Below are positions 45,628-48,176 of a stretch of DNA of 48,176 nt, piece by piece. A model generated the notes under the pieces. That model saw only the letters and a program-made list of their open reading frames with translations. It made no database searches and was not told the DNA's origin. Position numbers and translations under genes: made by a program. Source of the stretch: Candidatus Yanofskybacteria bacterium. Lineage in GTDB: Bacteria; Patescibacteriota; Minisyncoccia; 2-02-FULL-40-12; GWA2-44-9. How positions within the stretch are numbered: the first letter of the stretch is position 1; every line of letters begins with the position of its first letter. The stretch spans positions 1 through 48,176 of the forward strand of contig JACOZW010000022.1 in assembly GCA_016181145.1 (NCBI GenBank), given 5' to 3'.

Positions 45628-47241
45628 ATGGCTCAGAGCGGCATAGAGTTGTTTTTTGCCTCTTTCGGATCGGTTAAGTTAAGCAGAGATGCTCCGGTTC
45701 TTGTTTTTGGTTTTGAGTGTCAGGATGATCCTAGTGTTGCCAAGTACTTTCCGGAGATGGAAGCCAGGCGGAAATCCATCGATAAGATTGCTTTCAAGGG
45801 CGATGAGATGGTTACGCTCCAGTCGATATTGCGAGATGGCAAGACTTATCATGCCGGACTCGTCTATATCCCATATCCATGGAGGCGAAAGAAAGAAATA
45901 AGGACTGCAAGCCTTAATTTTTTGAGAGAAGTCTTTTGTGGCGTCAATCTTGCAGTTCGAAGGCTGAAAGACGAGAAGTTTGAAAAGTTTTTTCTTGTTT
46001 TGCCGGATAGGTTTTCTCCACAAAATGTAAAAGACAAGGAACATCGCGAGTATTTGTATTATTTTGTCAGGATGGTGGTGGAGGCTATTATTTATAGTGA
46101 TAGTTCCTGCGATGATTATAAAAATAAAAATGACAAAGCGAGCAAGTTGAAGGAGGTAACTTTTCTTTTTTTCGGCAAGGAAGACAAGGCCGTTGACGGT
46201 TTCTTTAAGAAGGCAATTAATGACGGTGAGATTGCCGGTTCTTATCTGGCTAAGACCAGGCGACTGATTGAGGCTCCGCCCAATATACAAACACCGTTAA
46301 ATTTTGTCTTGTCTGTCTTGGGCGACGGAGTAAATATAAGGTCTTCTGATGAGTGGCAGGAAATAACTATGTCGCCAAACTTGACGGCGCATCTTCTTCT
46401 TGGAAAGAGTGCCCTGAAAAGCCATGGTTTTGAATTGATTAATGCCGTCAACCAGGGCAGTAGATCTGAACCGTGCCTATTAAGGATTCATTATAAGCCA
46501 AATACGGGCAGGCAGAAGAGAATAAGAAAAATTGTGTTGGTTGGTAAGGGCGTTGTTTTTGATACTGGCGGACATGATATTAAGGGTACCGGTTATTATG
46601 ATAATATGCATTTCGATATGGCCGGTGCTGCTACATCTATGGCTATTCCTTTTATGGCAGAAGAGTTCAATTTGCCCGTCGAAGTTATAACCATTACTCC
46701 AATAGTTCAAAATATGATTGGCTCGAATTCCATTCTGCCGGGGTCAATTCTAAGGGCCTATGGAGGCAAAACAGTTAAGATCGTTAATACTGATTGCGAG
46801 GGCAGGTTGATTCTGGCGGAGGCCATTGCTTTTGGAGAGCGGAAATTCAAGCCGGATGCCATAATTTCTGTTGGCACACTGAGCGATCTAAAAGATCTCG
46901 GGCCCGATTTCCTTAAGGTAGGTTATGTTGGTAGGGGAAATCGAAGAAAGATTGAGATATCCGAGAAAATGTCGTCTGAAAAAGTTTTTCTTATGCCGGA
47001 AATAGAGAATTTTAACCGGGTGGATATGATGCATATAAGTTCCGATTCCGATCTTCTCAATGATATTCCCAGCGCTTACCATACATCGCCCTTCGTCTTT
47101 TTGCATAATTTTTTTGAAAGGGAGACCAGTTGGTTCTTTGTCGATATTAGTGCGATATTCGAAGCTGATGCCAAAGAATATGGAGCCGGGCCGGGATTTG
47201 GCCAAAGATTTATTTGGCATTTAGTTCAGCAATATGTTTAA
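45628..47241 (+). CDS. M17 leucyl aminopeptidase family (divergent)
   Basis: LVGKGVVFDTGG..IK, MHFDMAGAA, NTDCEGRLILAE. Confidence 0.85.
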   Translation: MAQSGIELFFASFGSVKLSRDAPVLVFGFECQDDPSVAKYFPEMEARRKSIDKIAFKGDEMVTLQSILRDGKTYHAGLVYIPYPWRRKKEIRTASLNFLREVFCGVNLAVRRLKDEKFEKFFLVLPDRFSPQNVKDKEHREYLYYFVRMVVEAIIYSDSSCDDYKNKNDKASKLKEVTFLFFGKEDKAVDGFFKKAINDGEIAGSYLAKTRRLIEAPPNIQTPLNFVLSVLGDGVNIRSSDEWQEITMSPNLTAHLLLGKSALKSHGFELINAVNQGSRSEPCLLRIHYKPNTGRQKRIRKIVLVGKGVVFDTGGHDIKGTGYYDNMHFDMAGAATSMAIPFMAEEFNLPVEVITITPIVQNMIGSNSILPGSILRAYGGKTVKIVNTDCEGRLILAEAIAFGERKFKPDAIISVGTLSDLKDLGPDFLKVGYVGRGNRRKIEISEKMSSEKVFLMPEIENFNRVDMMHISSDSDLLNDIPSAYHTSPFVFLHNFFERETSWFFVDISAIFEADAKEYGAGPGFGQRFIWHLVQQYV

Positions 47242-47268
47242 CTCTGCTTCTCAGAAGCGGAGTTTTTA
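47240..47268 (+). terminator. Intrinsic terminator
   Basis: AACTCTGCTTC-TCA-GAAGCGGAGTT-TTT. Confidence 0.75.
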
Positions 47269-47282
47269 TATACAATTATGTT

Positions 47283-48017
47283 ATGTCTAAATTCCCTAAT
47301 ACTCTCAAAATCTCCCGCAGCGGTTTAAAACTGTTTCTTGAGTGTCCGAGATGTTTCTGGCTGGATGTGCATCACAGGGTTAAGCGTCCTCCGGGCTATC
47401 CGTTTACTCTTTCCATCGCCGTCGATTACTTAGTTAAAAAAGAATTTGATACCTATCGCGAAAAAGGTACGTTACCGCCCGTTCTTAAAAAATACGGGAT
47501 TAAAAATGCAAAACTTTATAACGGCGAGGAGCTTTCTGAATGGAGAAATAATTTCAAGGGAATTGCCTATTTCGACGAGGATTTAAATGCGATTTTGTAC
47601 GGAGCGGTTGATGATGTTTTACAATTCGATGACGGCTCGTTGGGTGTTATTGACTACAAATCTTCCGGCGCTAAAGAAATAACTATATATGATGATTATC
47701 AAAAACAGATGGATGTCTATAATTATATATTGAGGCAGAAGGGCTTCGAAACCTATCCTGAGGCATTTTTTGTTTTTTATAAAGTAATGAAAGAAGGGGA
47801 GACCGGTTTTGCCAACGCCTTAAAATTTACCGAAGAAGTCAGGCCGGTTAAGGTCAACATGGATTGGGTCGGCCCGACATTTGAAAAAGCTGTTGAGCTT
47901 GCCCGTTCGGAAAATTCTCCCGCTTCTGGTATGACTGGTAAAAACGGTCATTGTGATCATTGTCATTATGTAAGCATGGTTAACCAGCATCCGTTCGGAG
48001 AAGATTTAAATATATAG
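47283..48017 (+). CDS. PD-(D/E)XK nuclease (AddB/Cas4-like superfamily)
   Basis: ISRS...ECPRCFW, GAVDD, IDYKS, QMDVY, CDHC. Confidence 0.85.
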   Translation: MSKFPNTLKISRSGLKLFLECPRCFWLDVHHRVKRPPGYPFTLSIAVDYLVKKEFDTYREKGTLPPVLKKYGIKNAKLYNGEELSEWRNNFKGIAYFDEDLNAILYGAVDDVLQFDDGSLGVIDYKSSGAKEITIYDDYQKQMDVYNYILRQKGFETYPEAFFVFYKVMKEGETGFANALKFTEEVRPVKVNMDWVGPTFEKAVELARSENSPASGMTGKNGHCDHCHYVSMVNQHPFGEDLNI

Positions 48018-48176
48018 TTGTAGGGCGAAACCATTTATCACCATTTTCTCAGCCTGTGCTCCGGGATAGACAAACAATGATTGAAAACCTCCGGAAGCCT
48101 TCGTGAATTCCCTTCGGTCAGTTCCCGCTTTCCTGTCGGTTTATCAATCATTGTTTATACCTATCCCTCCCGCAAC

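Noticed and set aside
47283-48017. Cas4 of a CRISPR system
   Set aside because: No cas genes or array nearby; stand-alone PD-(D/E)XK nucleases are common

Overview
A bacterial chromosome segment whose gene content and repeat types suggest Patescibacteria/CPR (Parcubacteria-like); this assignment is inferred, not proven. Positions 1-16.8 kb hold a surface-glycan locus: GT-C, methyltransferase, GT2, SDR, split transketolase, ABC exporter, gmhA, fcl, gmd, flippase, O-antigen ligase-TPR, priming sugar transferase and UDP-sugar dehydrogenase. Positions 16.8-35.9 kb mix housekeeping and accessory genes: peptidases, PurD-like ATP-grasp, hpf, secA, TrmB, Maf, DsbA/VKOR and a VIT1-cupin fusion. The most striking feature is a tandem array of six paralogous unknown genes at 35.9-40.2 kb (minus strand). 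Their cores are strongly diverged, but they sit between near-identical DNA junction modules of two kinds: a translational-coupling junction and a terminator-promoter-operator junction. Leaders and tails occur in all four combinations, which suggests a recombination-shuffled cassette system. Other points of interest are a ~200-nt structured ncRNA candidate with a tRNA-like T-arm, bounded by a promoter and a terminator (27.9-28.1 kb); three palindromic elements sitting in frame inside secA, one of which has an intergenic relative that supplies a start codon; a nested hairpin element; and a cytidylyltransferase-diadenylate-cyclase fusion. No rRNA, complete tRNA, CRISPR array, integrase or reverse transcriptase was seen. 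All product calls come from motif recognition by eye, not database searches.
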